Notes: a model not told the origin generated them from the sequence alone. Counted from the first letter of the stretch, positions 28,412 to 38,605 are shown. The stretch is DNA of 58,956 nt from Deltaproteobacteria bacterium (GCA_019313825.1 JAFDAM010000003.1:1-58956), one strand, 5' to 3'. Numbers and translations are program-made.

Positions 28412-29824
28412 TTGGGTAAAGGTTACTATACCATCGCATGTTATCCTGAAAAGTGCGACGGATGTAACGACTGCGTGAAGGCCTGTGCCGAATTTCATAC
28501 TGGCACGCAGCAGCCCGAGCATTCTCGCATAAAATTGACAAAGGTCGAGGAATCCGACGCATTTGTCATAACACTGTGCCACCAGTGCGGAGAACCCCGC
28601 TGTGTCATGAACTGCCCTTCAGGTGCCTTGAGCAAGGATGTGAACACTGGCGTCGTACAATGGGATGAGAAAAGGTGCGTGAATTGTCAGCTCTGTACCC
28701 TTGCCTGTCCCTATGGTGGTATAACCTACAATAGCCTTAGCGACCAGGTCATGAAGTGCGATCTCTGTGCAGGAGACGCTGCATGTGTCAAGGCCTGCCC
28801 GCGCGGTGCGCTAGAACTCAAGGTCGGCGCAGATCTTTTCAACAGTTGGGGTGATCTGGAGGATCTTTTTGTGCCAGGCATCTCGGCCTGCCTTGGCTGT
28901 AATTCCGAGTTGCTAATCCGGCACACCCTGCGCCGAGTGGGTTCCAACACGGTGGTGGCCACCCCGCCTGGCTGCATCGCTGGCGTGGGCTCTGTGGGCG
29001 TAAACGGCCTCACCGCCACCAAGGCCCCTGTATTTCATCCCCTATTGACCAATACTGCTGCCATGCTCGCGGGTGCCAAACGTTACTACAACCGTATCGG
29101 CCGGGATGTGACCATGCTGGCTTTTGCTGGTGACGGGGGCGCTGCGGACGTGGGATTCCAGTCACTCTCAGGCGCGGCGGAACGTGGTGAGCAGATGATC
29201 TATATCTGTGTGGACAATGAGGGTTATATGAATACCGGGGTTCAGCGTTCAAGCACCACACCATACGGGGCATGGACCTCCACCACACCTGTGGGAACAG
29301 CGCTAAGGGGCAAGACAAGGGACGCAAAACCTTTACCCCTTCTCATGGTCATGCACCACTGCGAGTACGTGGCCACTGCATCTTTGGCCTTTATGGAGGA
29401 CTTCTACGCCAAGCTTGATAAGGCCATAGAAGCGGCCAAGAAAGGGATGGCCTATATCCATGTGTTTTCGCCCTGCCCGACAGGGTGGCGCTTCCACCCG
29501 AGCAAACTCATTGAAGTGGCACGCAAGGCGGTGGAGACTAATATGGTCCCGCTCTGGGAATATATCAATGACGAAGGCCGGGTCTATCTCACCTATCCAG
29601 TAGACAACCCGGTACCGGTGGAGGATTATCTCTCCCTCGTAGGGAAATACAGCCACCTGGATGAAGAACAGATTGCTCACACCCGGGATACGATTGATAA
29701 ACAGATCAAGATCCTGAAGAGTTTTACCGGGGAAGGGCCAGAGGTCGTCAAAAGTGAGGAGTTTGCGGGAGTATCCGCGGTGAAACACGTCAGTGCAGCG
29801 GCCAGCACTCAGCAGGGGCACTGA
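28412..29824 (+). CDS. padI: Phenylglyoxylate oxidoreductase beta subunit with N-terminal ferredoxin domain
   Basis: Multiple Cys clusters fused to TPP-binding domain (GDGG...DNEGYMNTG); PVFHPLLTN; TTG start with RBS aaggagg. Confidence 0.88.
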   Translation: MGKGYYTIACYPEKCDGCNDCVKACAEFHTGTQQPEHSRIKLTKVEESDAFVITLCHQCGEPRCVMNCPSGALSKDVNTGVVQWDEKRCVNCQLCTLACPYGGITYNSLSDQVMKCDLCAGDAACVKACPRGALELKVGADLFNSWGDLEDLFVPGISACLGCNSELLIRHTLRRVGSNTVVATPPGCIAGVGSVGVNGLTATKAPVFHPLLTNTAAMLAGAKRYYNRIGRDVTMLAFAGDGGAADVGFQSLSGAAERGEQMIYICVDNEGYMNTGVQRSSTTPYGAWTSTTPVGTALRGKTRDAKPLPLLMVMHHCEYVATASLAFMEDFYAKLDKAIEAAKKGMAYIHVFSPCPTGWRFHPSKLIEVARKAVETNMVPLWEYINDEGRVYLTYPVDNPVPVEDYLSLVGKYSHLDEEQIAHTRDTIDKQIKILKSFTGEGPEVVKSEEFAGVSAVKHVSAAASTQQGH

Positions 29825-29864
29825 TTTTTTAACGCCCTGACAGGTCTTGGAAAGGAGGATGCTG

Positions 29865-30680
29865 ATGGATATTTCACGATTATCGGTTAGTCAGATCACC
29901 ACTAATAACTGGGGCTTTGAAGATGCCATCCGGAACTACTCCTCCTTTGGCATCAAAAACATAGGTGTCTGGGTGGATAAAATAGAGGGTTTTAAACCGT
30001 CAGAAGTCAAAAATATCTTGGATGATCAGGGCATGAAGGCGTTCAATCTATGCTTCGCGGGCCTGTTTACCGGCGACACGCAAACTAAACGAGATTCTGC
30101 CATTAATAACACCAAAAAAACCCTGGAGCTTTCTAAAGAGATTAACGCCGGATTCCTGTTGATCGTCTCGGGGCCGACCCTGCCCAACCAACTGGAAGAG
30201 TCAAGAGGCTACGTTAAAAAAGCCCTGGAGACCCTTATTCCCTTTGCAGAGGATCTGGATGCCAAGATGGCCCTAGAGGCCATCCACCCCATCGACATCA
30301 GCCGATGGTCTGTGGTGGTAACTCTTGGCCAGGCCTTAGGCATTGTTCGAGAATTCTCCTCCTCAAGCCTTGGGATCCTTTTGGACTTATACAATAGCTG
30401 GTGGGAGCCCGACATTAACGAACTGATCGAACAGATGGGCGGCGATCTTTTAGGTGTGCACGTGGCCGACTGGAATGTCGAGACGCTTGGCGTGGACAAA
30501 AGGCTGTTGCCAGGCCAAGGCGTCATTCCCTTAGATATGTTGATCCGGAAGGTGGAAGCATCCGGATACGACGGTTGCTATGACGTGGAGATCTTTAACG
30601 AGGAGATCTGGTCAAGCAACTATGAAGACACACTGAGAGATATTGTCGCCTGGTTCAATGGATTGGAGGTGAATAAATAA
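29865..30680 (+). CDS. Xylose isomerase-like TIM barrel protein (sugar phosphate isomerase/epimerase family)
   Basis: ALEAIHP, LDLYN, HVADW, RLLPGQG and VEIF motifs; ATG 29865 follows aggagg. Confidence 0.85.
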   Translation: MDISRLSVSQITTNNWGFEDAIRNYSSFGIKNIGVWVDKIEGFKPSEVKNILDDQGMKAFNLCFAGLFTGDTQTKRDSAINNTKKTLELSKEINAGFLLIVSGPTLPNQLEESRGYVKKALETLIPFAEDLDAKMALEAIHPIDISRWSVVVTLGQALGIVREFSSSSLGILLDLYNSWWEPDINELIEQMGGDLLGVHVADWNVETLGVDKRLLPGQGVIPLDMLIRKVEASGYDGCYDVEIFNEEIWSSNYEDTLRDIVAWFNGLEVNK

Positions 30681-32257
30681 TGGAACATGATGCTGACGTT
30701 ATCATTATCGGCGCCGGGCACAACAGTTTGACCGCCGCATTATACCTCCAAAATGCCGGTCTTAAGGTCTTGTTAATCGAGCGGTCAGAAGTCCCTGGCG
30801 GTGCGGCCAAGACCGGGGATATCGTCGAACCCGACTTTCATCATGATCTCTTTGCCACCAATATCGGCCTCTTCATGGGCTCCCGTGTCTATGCCGACTT
30901 TAAGGATGAATTCCACAAAAACGGGTTTGACGTTGTTGTGGGCAGTCAACCTTTCTCCAGTGTCTTTCCAAACGGCAAATGTATTCGGGTTTACACAGAT
31001 GCCGGCAAGACAATTCAGGAATTCGAACGTTACTCTCCCAATGATGCAGACTCTTGGAGAGAGTTGATCTCATACTTTCAAAAGGTTGCGCCCTATCTCT
31101 TTCCTTTCCTCCAGATGCCAATGCCGTCGTTTAAGTCGGCCATGCAGTTCTGGAAAATTTATCGCAAACTCGGCTATCGAGAAATGCTGGATCTGGCCCG
31201 GGTTCTGATCATGTCGCCGCGGCATTTTCTGGACGAACGGTTCGTAAGCGACGAGGTCAAAGCTCTCCTGTCTCCGTGGGCCTTCCACTTAGGTCTAAGC
31301 CCGGACTGCGCTGGCGGGGCAACCTTTTCGTTTCTGGAATCAGCTGCTGATCATTTAAACGGCATGGCTCTTTCAAAGGGTGGGGTAGGCAACCTGATCA
31401 ATGCCATGGTCCAGGCAATTAGGGCAAGGGACGGCCAGTTCATTTTGGGACAGGCGGTGACCGAGGTAGTGGTCAGCAACGGAAAGGCCTTTGGGGTCAA
31501 GACAGCAGATGGCAGCACCTATCATGCCAAAAAGGCGGTGGTGGCTTGTGTCACACCCAAGCAGTTCATCGAATTGGTGGACCAGAAAGAACTCCCGGAA
31601 GGGTTCGTAATCAAGTCCAAAAAGTATCGTTTCGGCCCGGGCACTATGATGATCCACCTCACACTTGACCGAACTATGGAATGGGAGGCTGATGATGATT
31701 TGAAAGACTCTGCCTATGTCCACATAGCACCCTACATGTCAGATATAGCCGCTACATACAAGCAGGTTATGGAAGGTCATCTCCCCAGCAGCCCGCTTTT
31801 AGTCATTGCCCAGCAGTCCCGCCTTGATCCAAACAGGGCACCGAAAGATAAACATACTTTGTGGGTCCAGGTGCGGGCTTTTCCACCCCGCCCCAAGGGC
31901 GATGCATTGGGCCAGATAAAGGTCGGAAGCTGGGATGAGATGAAAGAACCGATTTGTGACCGGATCATTGATAAGATCGCTCAGTTTGCCCCCAACATCA
32001 AGGATATAATCAGGAAGATGGTCGTTTTTACACCGCAGGATCTTGAAGATGAAAACCCCAACATAGTCGGTGGGGATATGGTTGGTGGCTCTCAACACCT
32101 GGACCAATATTTTATGTTCAGACCCTTTATTGGGTGGTCAAGGTACAAAACTCCCATAAAACGGTTGTATCTGACCGGGCATTCAACTTGGCCAGGCGGC
32201 GGATTAAACGCAACCTCGGGTCACATGGCGGCCATGCAACTATTGAAGGATATATAG
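30680..32257 (+). CDS. Phytoene dehydrogenase-like FAD-dependent oxidoreductase
   Basis: IIGAGHNSL Rossmann motif, PGGA, KGGVG, RYKTPIKRLYLTGHSTWPGGG. Confidence 0.88.
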   Translation: MEHDADVIIIGAGHNSLTAALYLQNAGLKVLLIERSEVPGGAAKTGDIVEPDFHHDLFATNIGLFMGSRVYADFKDEFHKNGFDVVVGSQPFSSVFPNGKCIRVYTDAGKTIQEFERYSPNDADSWRELISYFQKVAPYLFPFLQMPMPSFKSAMQFWKIYRKLGYREMLDLARVLIMSPRHFLDERFVSDEVKALLSPWAFHLGLSPDCAGGATFSFLESAADHLNGMALSKGGVGNLINAMVQAIRARDGQFILGQAVTEVVVSNGKAFGVKTADGSTYHAKKAVVACVTPKQFIELVDQKELPEGFVIKSKKYRFGPGTMMIHLTLDRTMEWEADDDLKDSAYVHIAPYMSDIAATYKQVMEGHLPSSPLLVIAQQSRLDPNRAPKDKHTLWVQVRAFPPRPKGDALGQIKVGSWDEMKEPICDRIIDKIAQFAPNIKDIIRKMVVFTPQDLEDENPNIVGGDMVGGSQHLDQYFMFRPFIGWSRYKTPIKRLYLTGHSTWPGGGLNATSGHMAAMQLLKDI

Positions 32258-32522
32258 ACTAAAGCGCGGGCAACATGGGGCTTGGTGGCCACAGGACGTA
32301 AAGAGGTATTTATGCCTATAAATGTGGGAAGGATATGAAGAGCAAGCCGGATTTTGATGACACGAGAAAAGGAGATGCACTTTTTAAATATGAACACCCA
32401 ATGTGGGGATAAAAAAGAGAAACCTTATATTCAATAACATGAAAGTAAAAGGAGGGAAAGGGAATCTAACCATTTTACTGGCCATTAAAACCATACATAA
32501 AAATTGAGTAAAGGAGGGTGCT

Positions 32523-34076
32523 ATGGAAAAGAAAGGAATGAAAAAGATTGACCGTCGAACATTTCTGAAGTATTCTGGTGCAGGAGCGTTGGCCTTTAGT
32601 AGCGGGGCCATGATGAATAGTTTTGTCAGAGACGCATTCGCAGCAGACAGGGGCCTTACCATTGCTTATAATGCCGATATCCCATCCTGGGATGCCATGA
32701 ATTCTGTCTTCCCGACTGCTCAAAGCCCGTGGAAATGTGTCTTTGACCAGTTCACGACCCAAAAGCAGGATCTAACGATTATACCAGAGATATTCAGCGA
32801 GTATGGGTACACTGATAAGGCCAAACTGCGCTTCGAGGCAAAGATCCAGAAAGGGGTGAAATTTCATAATGGAGACGAGCTGACCGCTGAAGACGTAAAA
32901 TTCTCCTTTGATCGCATGAAGAGTGAGGGCATGGTTCTTCAATTTATTTGGGGCGCGATCGAAGAAACCAAGGTAACTGGAAAACACTCCATTCGCTGCA
33001 AACTGTCAAAACCTTTTCCTTCCATGATTGCATGGCTGTGCTTTCTCGGCTCATACGTGTACCCCAAGAAATATTTCGATAAGGTTGGTCTTCAGGGTTT
33101 CTTAAGGAAACCAATTGGGTCCGGCCCCTATTCCGTCGCAGAACATATCAAAGGCAGCCACCTAAAACTGACGGCCTTTGAAGACTACTGGAGAGGTCCT
33201 GCCAAGATAAAAAAGTCAACTTTCAGGTTCGTTACCGAACCCACCTCCAGGGTTGCTGAAATCGAATCAGGCAGCTCTGACCTGACTTTTGAAGTTCCTG
33301 TTGAAGAGTTTACTCGACTTGGGAAAAACCCCAATTTAAAAACCGTGGCTCAACCGGTCTCAGATGTGGTACATTTCTTTGTCAATGACATTGAACCTAT
33401 GCTTGACGAGAATGTTCGATTGGCAGCCACTATGGCCATCGACAGAGAGGCGATTGTAAAATATGTTCTACAGGATATGGGGATTCCCATTTACGGGTTG
33501 AACTGTCCCGAGTATGCTGCTTACAACCCTGATCTAACTATACCCTATGATCCCATAACAGCAGAGAGGCTCTTGGCTGTTTCAGGATACTCCAAGGAAA
33601 ACCCTGTCAAGTTTACGGTTCAAACAACCAATGGCTTTGTAGCAAAGGACTTCGAGGTGGTTCAGGCCGTGGTCGGGATGTGGAAAAAGGTTGGCATTGA
33701 CGCGAAAATTGAGGTCTACGATATTGCCAAACACTTTGAATTGCGCGCTGCTGACCAATTAGCTCCTATTGCCTTCTACGTATGGGGTAATGCCACGGGT
33801 GACCCGGAGAACTCTACGGGGCACACCATGTTCGGACCCTCTCCCCATTCGACGTGGGATACAGAGGATGTGGATGCCCTTATTGGGCCCTTACTCTCTG
33901 AAGGAGACTATAAAAAGAGAATGCAGCTATACAAGAGTGCGGAATGGTATATCGTCAACCATGGGATGGTTATCCCTCTTTATCAACGTAAACAGCCGAT
34001 TGTTTATAAAAAGAATCTGAGATTTAAGCCCTATGCAAACAATTGGATCCTACCCTATTACATGGAATGGATATAA
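32523..34076 (+). CDS. Tat-exported ABC substrate-binding protein, family 5
   Basis: DRRTFLK Tat motif; GVKFHNGDELTAEDVKFSF; PIGSGPY. Confidence 0.92.
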   Translation: MEKKGMKKIDRRTFLKYSGAGALAFSSGAMMNSFVRDAFAADRGLTIAYNADIPSWDAMNSVFPTAQSPWKCVFDQFTTQKQDLTIIPEIFSEYGYTDKAKLRFEAKIQKGVKFHNGDELTAEDVKFSFDRMKSEGMVLQFIWGAIEETKVTGKHSIRCKLSKPFPSMIAWLCFLGSYVYPKKYFDKVGLQGFLRKPIGSGPYSVAEHIKGSHLKLTAFEDYWRGPAKIKKSTFRFVTEPTSRVAEIESGSSDLTFEVPVEEFTRLGKNPNLKTVAQPVSDVVHFFVNDIEPMLDENVRLAATMAIDREAIVKYVLQDMGIPIYGLNCPEYAAYNPDLTIPYDPITAERLLAVSGYSKENPVKFTVQTTNGFVAKDFEVVQAVVGMWKKVGIDAKIEVYDIAKHFELRAADQLAPIAFYVWGNATGDPENSTGHTMFGPSPHSTWDTEDVDALIGPLLSEGDYKKRMQLYKSAEWYIVNHGMVIPLYQRKQPIVYKKNLRFKPYANNWILPYYMEWI

Positions 34077-34165
34077 TGTAATAGGCACATCCGAAATCAG
34101 GTATTTATGGGATCTTCAAGTGGCCTTGGATCTTTGAAGATCCCATTCTCTTTTTAAGAGACATC

Positions 34166-35173
34166 ATGAACTTAAAGTATATTATCAAGCGATTGCTTTA
34201 CATTATAACTACGCTTTTTGGGGTATCAATCATTACTTTTGTCATCTTGCGTGTAATCCCGGGTAATCCCATTGCTATGATGCTTCCCCCTCAAGCTACA
34301 CAGCAGGACATAATAGAGTTGAAAGCCCAATATGGATTGGATAAAGCGATTCCTATCCAATACGGCATCTGGCTTATAAATGTGGTACAAGGCGATTTTG
34401 GGGTTTCGATACATATGAAACAGGATGTGATGGAATTGGTAATAGAAAGGCTTCCCGCCACACTTGAACTTGTTCTGGCTGCCACTGCCATTGCCCTCAT
34501 CCTGGGAATCTTCATCGGCACCCTATCTATAATGAAGAAAGATACTTTTTTAGATAAACTGGGCAGCCTCATGGCGGTCCTGGGGCTCGCTATCCCAGAT
34601 TTTTTATGGGGTCTTCTTTTTATTATCTTTTTTGGCGTCTTTTGGCACGTTCTCCCCATTTCGGGCCGAATAGCCTCCACCGATACACTAATAAATATTA
34701 CGGGATTCTTCCTGGTGGACAGTTTAATAAAATTCGATTTTAAGGGGTTTTATAGTGTCTTCTTACACCTGATACTTCCCGCTTTCTCCCTGGCCTTACC
34801 CCTCACTGCCATTGTGATCCGTGTGATTAAATCCAGCCTGCTGGAAGTTGTAAAAGAGGACTATATATTACTGGCACGGGTTAAAGGCCTCGCAGAAAGG
34901 GTGGTGATTTTCATTCATGCCTTGAGAAATGCCCTTATCCCCACTACGACCATTGTAGGGGTACAGTTTGGATTTTTAATGGGTGGTACTGTTCTTGTTG
35001 AGATCATTTATAGCTGGCCAGGATTGGGAAAACTGGCTGTCACGGCAATCATCACGAGAGATCTCCCCCTGATTCAGGGGGTCGTTCTGGTCCTTGCCTT
35101 TATATTTGTTATCGTTAATCTAATTGTCGATCTGCTTTACACCTTCATTAATCCCAAGATACGCTATGGGTGA
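34166..35173 (+). CDS. ABC permease, DppB-like
   Basis: PGNP, RLPATLEL, DYILLARVKGL, HALRNALIP. Confidence 0.92.
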   Translation: MNLKYIIKRLLYIITTLFGVSIITFVILRVIPGNPIAMMLPPQATQQDIIELKAQYGLDKAIPIQYGIWLINVVQGDFGVSIHMKQDVMELVIERLPATLELVLAATAIALILGIFIGTLSIMKKDTFLDKLGSLMAVLGLAIPDFLWGLLFIIFFGVFWHVLPISGRIASTDTLINITGFFLVDSLIKFDFKGFYSVFLHLILPAFSLALPLTAIVIRVIKSSLLEVVKEDYILLARVKGLAERVVIFIHALRNALIPTTTIVGVQFGFLMGGTVLVEIIYSWPGLGKLAVTAIITRDLPLIQGVVLVLAFIFVIVNLIVDLLYTFINPKIRYG

Positions 35174-35182
35174 TAACTAGAA

Positions 35183-36064
35183 GTGGAAAAAAAAAGGAAA
35201 GAAAAATTCCTACAGATCAAAAGATTCTTGTCCAACGGGAAAGTTCTTTTTGGGGGGATCGTTCTGCTTTTACTCGCATTTACGTCGATTAGTGCGCCTT
35301 ATATCGCCCCCCATGATCCCAATGAACAGGAACTTACAGCAACAAAAAAACCACCCTTCTGGATAGAGGGAGGAGACACTAATCATATCTTGGGGACGGA
35401 CTCATTGGGAAGAGATATATTTAGCCGACTTTTATATGGGTCAAGAGTGGCCATGTTTGTCGCTGTTGTGGGAACATTTTTTGCGGGCCTCATAGGGGTT
35501 ACCTTAGCACTTCTTGCCGGCTATTACCGTGGCGCTGTAGACAACCTGATCTCCAGATTCGTAGATGTCTGGATCTCTTTCCCACCCATCCTTCTTTCTA
35601 TTGTTCTCATGGCCGTATTGGGAACGGGAATCACAAAGGTTGCACTCGCTATCATACTTGTAGATTGGACCCGGTTCTGTCGTGTCATAAGAGGAGAGGT
35701 GTTCAATATCAGAGAAAAGGATTTTATTCTTGCCGCCAGGGCCATCGCTTTAGGCAACTTACGGATTATTGTGAAAGAGGTCTTTCCTAATATTGTCCCT
35801 CTGTTGATTGTTCTGGTGACTTTGGAAATGGGAATTGCGATCATTGTAGAGGCTATCCTGAGTTTTGTAGGTTTGAGTGTGGAAGCCTCAATCCCAGCTT
35901 GGGGCCAGATGATTGCCCTTGGAAGGCTTTACATACATCAAGCCTGGTGGATCATGGTTTTTCCCATGATATGTATTATCATAAGTGTGCTGGGACTTAA
36001 TCTCCTGGGAGATGGACTCCGAGAAGTTCTCGATCCCAGGTTAAAAGTAATGGGTATGAAATGA
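35183..36064 (+). CDS. ABC permease, DppC-like
   Basis: HILGTDSLGRD, EAILSFVG, NLLGDGLREVLDP. Confidence 0.92.
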   Translation: MEKKRKEKFLQIKRFLSNGKVLFGGIVLLLLAFTSISAPYIAPHDPNEQELTATKKPPFWIEGGDTNHILGTDSLGRDIFSRLLYGSRVAMFVAVVGTFFAGLIGVTLALLAGYYRGAVDNLISRFVDVWISFPPILLSIVLMAVLGTGITKVALAIILVDWTRFCRVIRGEVFNIREKDFILAARAIALGNLRIIVKEVFPNIVPLLIVLVTLEMGIAIIVEAILSFVGLSVEASIPAWGQMIALGRLYIHQAWWIMVFPMICIIISVLGLNLLGDGLREVLDPRLKVMGMK

Positions 36065-37029
36065 GCGATCCTCTCCTGAGCGTTAAGAACCTTCAGGTCT
36101 TCTTTCACCTCGCCCAAGGAACCCTGAAAGCCATCGACGGGGTAAGTTTAGATGTAAAAAAAGGACAGATTGTCGGATTGGTTGGGGAATCAGGTGGTGG
36201 GAAATCGATGATAGGTCTCTCTATTCTCCGACTCGTCCCCGAAGGGGGAAAGATTGCGTCGGGAAAGATCATTTTCGAAGGGAAGAATCTATTGAACTTA
36301 TCAGAGGACGAAATTCGAATTATCCGAGGATCCTATATTTCCATGATACTTCAGGACCCCCTCACATCCCTCAATCCTGCCTTCAGAATCGGACCACAAA
36401 TGATTGATGTGTTAAGACTTCACAAAGGGTACGACAAAAAAGAGGCTGAACTGATTGCTATAGAAATGTTGCATAATATCGGCATCCCGGACCCCAAAAA
36501 AAATATACGAAAATTTCCCCATCAGCTAAGCGGAGGAATGCGTCAGAGAGTTGTCATTGCCATTGCCTTTAGCTGTAGTCCAAAGTTGATCATTGCTGAT
36601 GAACCTACTACTGCCCTGGATGTGACGATCCAGGCCCAGATCCTGCAGTTACTGAAAAACCTGAGCACGGAATATCAGACTTCCGTCCTCTTTATCACCC
36701 ACGACCTGGGCATTGTTGCCAACCTCTGTGATAGTGTTGCCGTTATATACGCTGGAGAGATTGTTGAAACGGCCCAAACCAGCGAACTGTTTTTAAATCC
36801 AAAACACCCTTATACAAAAGCCCTTTTTCAATCGATTCTAAGACACGACAAGAAGCAAGAACATTTTTACAGCATCGAAGGCGTAATGGGGAGTCACATA
36901 GACTGGCCTGATAAGTGCAAGTTTTATCCGCGATGCTCTGAAAAGCTCGATGGCTGTGAGAAAACAGGCTCTGTAGAATTTGTATCCTATTCCCCTGATC
37001 ATCTGGTTCGGTGCCTGAAATATGAATGA
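36061..37029 (+). CDS. ABC ATPase, DppD-like
   Basis: GESGGGKS, LSGGMRQR, ADEPTTALD; C-terminal Cys motif. Confidence 0.93.
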   Translation: MSDPLLSVKNLQVFFHLAQGTLKAIDGVSLDVKKGQIVGLVGESGGGKSMIGLSILRLVPEGGKIASGKIIFEGKNLLNLSEDEIRIIRGSYISMILQDPLTSLNPAFRIGPQMIDVLRLHKGYDKKEAELIAIEMLHNIGIPDPKKNIRKFPHQLSGGMRQRVVIAIAFSCSPKLIIADEPTTALDVTIQAQILQLLKNLSTEYQTSVLFITHDLGIVANLCDSVAVIYAGEIVETAQTSELFLNPKHPYTKALFQSILRHDKKQEHFYSIEGVMGSHIDWPDKCKFYPRCSEKLDGCEKTGSVEFVSYSPDHLVRCLKYE

Positions 37030-38080
37030 AAGGAAAAGGGTTTTTAAATTGAACGATTATCTCCTCAAAACTTACAAACTCACAAAATACTATTCAGAAG
37101 AAAAGAGAATTTCCTTTTTTTCATTGGGGCCTGGGAAATCACTTGTCAGGGCGGTTGATAATATCAACCTTTTCGTCCATAGAAACGAGGTCCTGGGCCT
37201 GGTTGGAGAAAGTGGGTGTGGAAAAAGCACTCTGGGAAAAACGATTATTCGCTTGGAAGAGCCAACATCGGGAAAAATCTTTTTCGAGGACCAGGATATT
37301 ACCAACCTCTCCCAGGAGAGATTAAAGTCTCATAGGAAGAAGATGCAGATCATCTTTCAGGATCCTGCCTCCTCACTTAATCCGAGGAAGACTGTCTTTG
37401 AGATCATCAGCCAACCTCTCAAGGTTCATGGTATGGTCTCCAATAAAAGCGATACGTCTGACCGTGTTGCAGACCTTCTTAAAAAGGTTGGATTGGAAAA
37501 GAGCCATATGGAGAGATACCCTCACCAGTTTAGCGGAGGGCAAAAACAAAGGATCTGCATCGCCAGGGCGATCGCTTTAGAGCCAATTTTCCTTGTGGCA
37601 GATGAAGTGGTTTCAGCGCTTGATGTGTCGATTCAGGCCCAGATTCTTAATCTTCTTGTGATCCTAAAGAATGACCTCAACTTGTCCATTCTGTTTATTT
37701 CCCACGACTTAAGTGTTGTCCGTCAGATTTCTGACAGGGTAGCCGTGATGTATCTGGGAAAAATTGTTGAGGTGGCACCTTCTGAGAATCTTTTCTCTTC
37801 TCCTCTTCATCCTTACACTCAGGCCCTAATGTCGGCCATTCCTGTCCCTGATGTAGAGATAGGCTGGAACCCCATTATTTTACAAGGAGATACCCCTAGC
37901 CCTTCCCAGCGTCCACAAGGATGTTTCTTCCATCCAAGATGCTCTAAAATGATCGATATTTGTGACAAAGAAGATATTTCATTGAATGCGGTTTCTCAAG
38001 GTCATTTTGTGGCCTGTCATCTCTATAGTGGGAGAAGTACTTTAAAAAAAATAATCCAGGCCCAAAGAACATGGCTTTAA
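37022..38080 (+). CDS. ABC ATPase, DppF-like
   Basis: GESGCGKS, FSGGQKQR, HPYTQAL, GCFFHPRC. Confidence 0.93.
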   Translation: MNERKRVFKLNDYLLKTYKLTKYYSEEKRISFFSLGPGKSLVRAVDNINLFVHRNEVLGLVGESGCGKSTLGKTIIRLEEPTSGKIFFEDQDITNLSQERLKSHRKKMQIIFQDPASSLNPRKTVFEIISQPLKVHGMVSNKSDTSDRVADLLKKVGLEKSHMERYPHQFSGGQKQRICIARAIALEPIFLVADEVVSALDVSIQAQILNLLVILKNDLNLSILFISHDLSVVRQISDRVAVMYLGKIVEVAPSENLFSSPLHPYTQALMSAIPVPDVEIGWNPIILQGDTPSPSQRPQGCFFHPRCSKMIDICDKEDISLNAVSQGHFVACHLYSGRSTLKKIIQAQRTWL

Positions 38081-38107
38081 TTAATCGGGCTCTGCTAGCT
38101 GCCAAAC

Positions 38108-38605
38108 CTAAAACTCTTCCCAAAACCCTTTGTCGGTTTTTTGCCAATCAGGACCGAACTTTTTTGCTAAAATGGAAGCTAATCTGTCAAGCCAGCGCCA
38201 CCAAAGATTTTTCCCTTTCTCTTTGGCTTCCAATATGTCATTCAAATAGGTTGTAATATTGGCCATCTCATCTTTGGGCACATATGAGGCCGCCCCTCCT
38301 CGGTAGGATCTTACAATATTTTCAGGACTCAATGCATGGGCTGTCAACATAATGGCCATTATCTTTTTCTCGTTGGCAATTTCTAATAATTTAAAACCGG
38401 CAACCCCCATAATATCAAGAATAGCCATATCAAAATATTGGGTTTCCAATAGATTTTTGGCTTCATCGAAGCTGGAGGCCTTTACAACATCACACATCGG
38501 CAACAACTCTTCCAATGTCTCCAATACATCAGGCTCATCATCTACTATGAGAATTCTTTTCCCGTCTAACAGATCGTTTTTTACCATGACCAGGCCCTCA
38601 TACAC
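38108..38605 (-). CDS. Single-domain response regulator with Trp-rich tail, copy 1; start probably 38587
   Basis: ILIVDDE, phosphoacceptor in ILDIMG, LTAHA, YVPK. Confidence 0.9.
   Translation of the reverse strand: MYEGLVMVKNDLLDGKRILIVDDEPDVLETLEELLPMCDVVKASSFDEAKNLLETQYFDMAILDIMGVAGFKLLEIANEKKIMAIMLTAHALSPENIVRSYRGGAASYVPKDEMANITTYLNDILEAKEKGKNLWWRWLDRLASILAKKFGPDWQKTDKGFWEEF

Noticed and set aside
24632-29824. Annotation as generic pyruvate:ferredoxin oxidoreductase
   Set aside because: The embedded FAD/NAD subunit, ferredoxin-fused beta subunit and Pad-type motifs fit padEFGHI better
30680-32257. Carotenoid biosynthesis (crtI)
   Set aside because: No phytoene synthase or isoprenoid genes; context is catabolic
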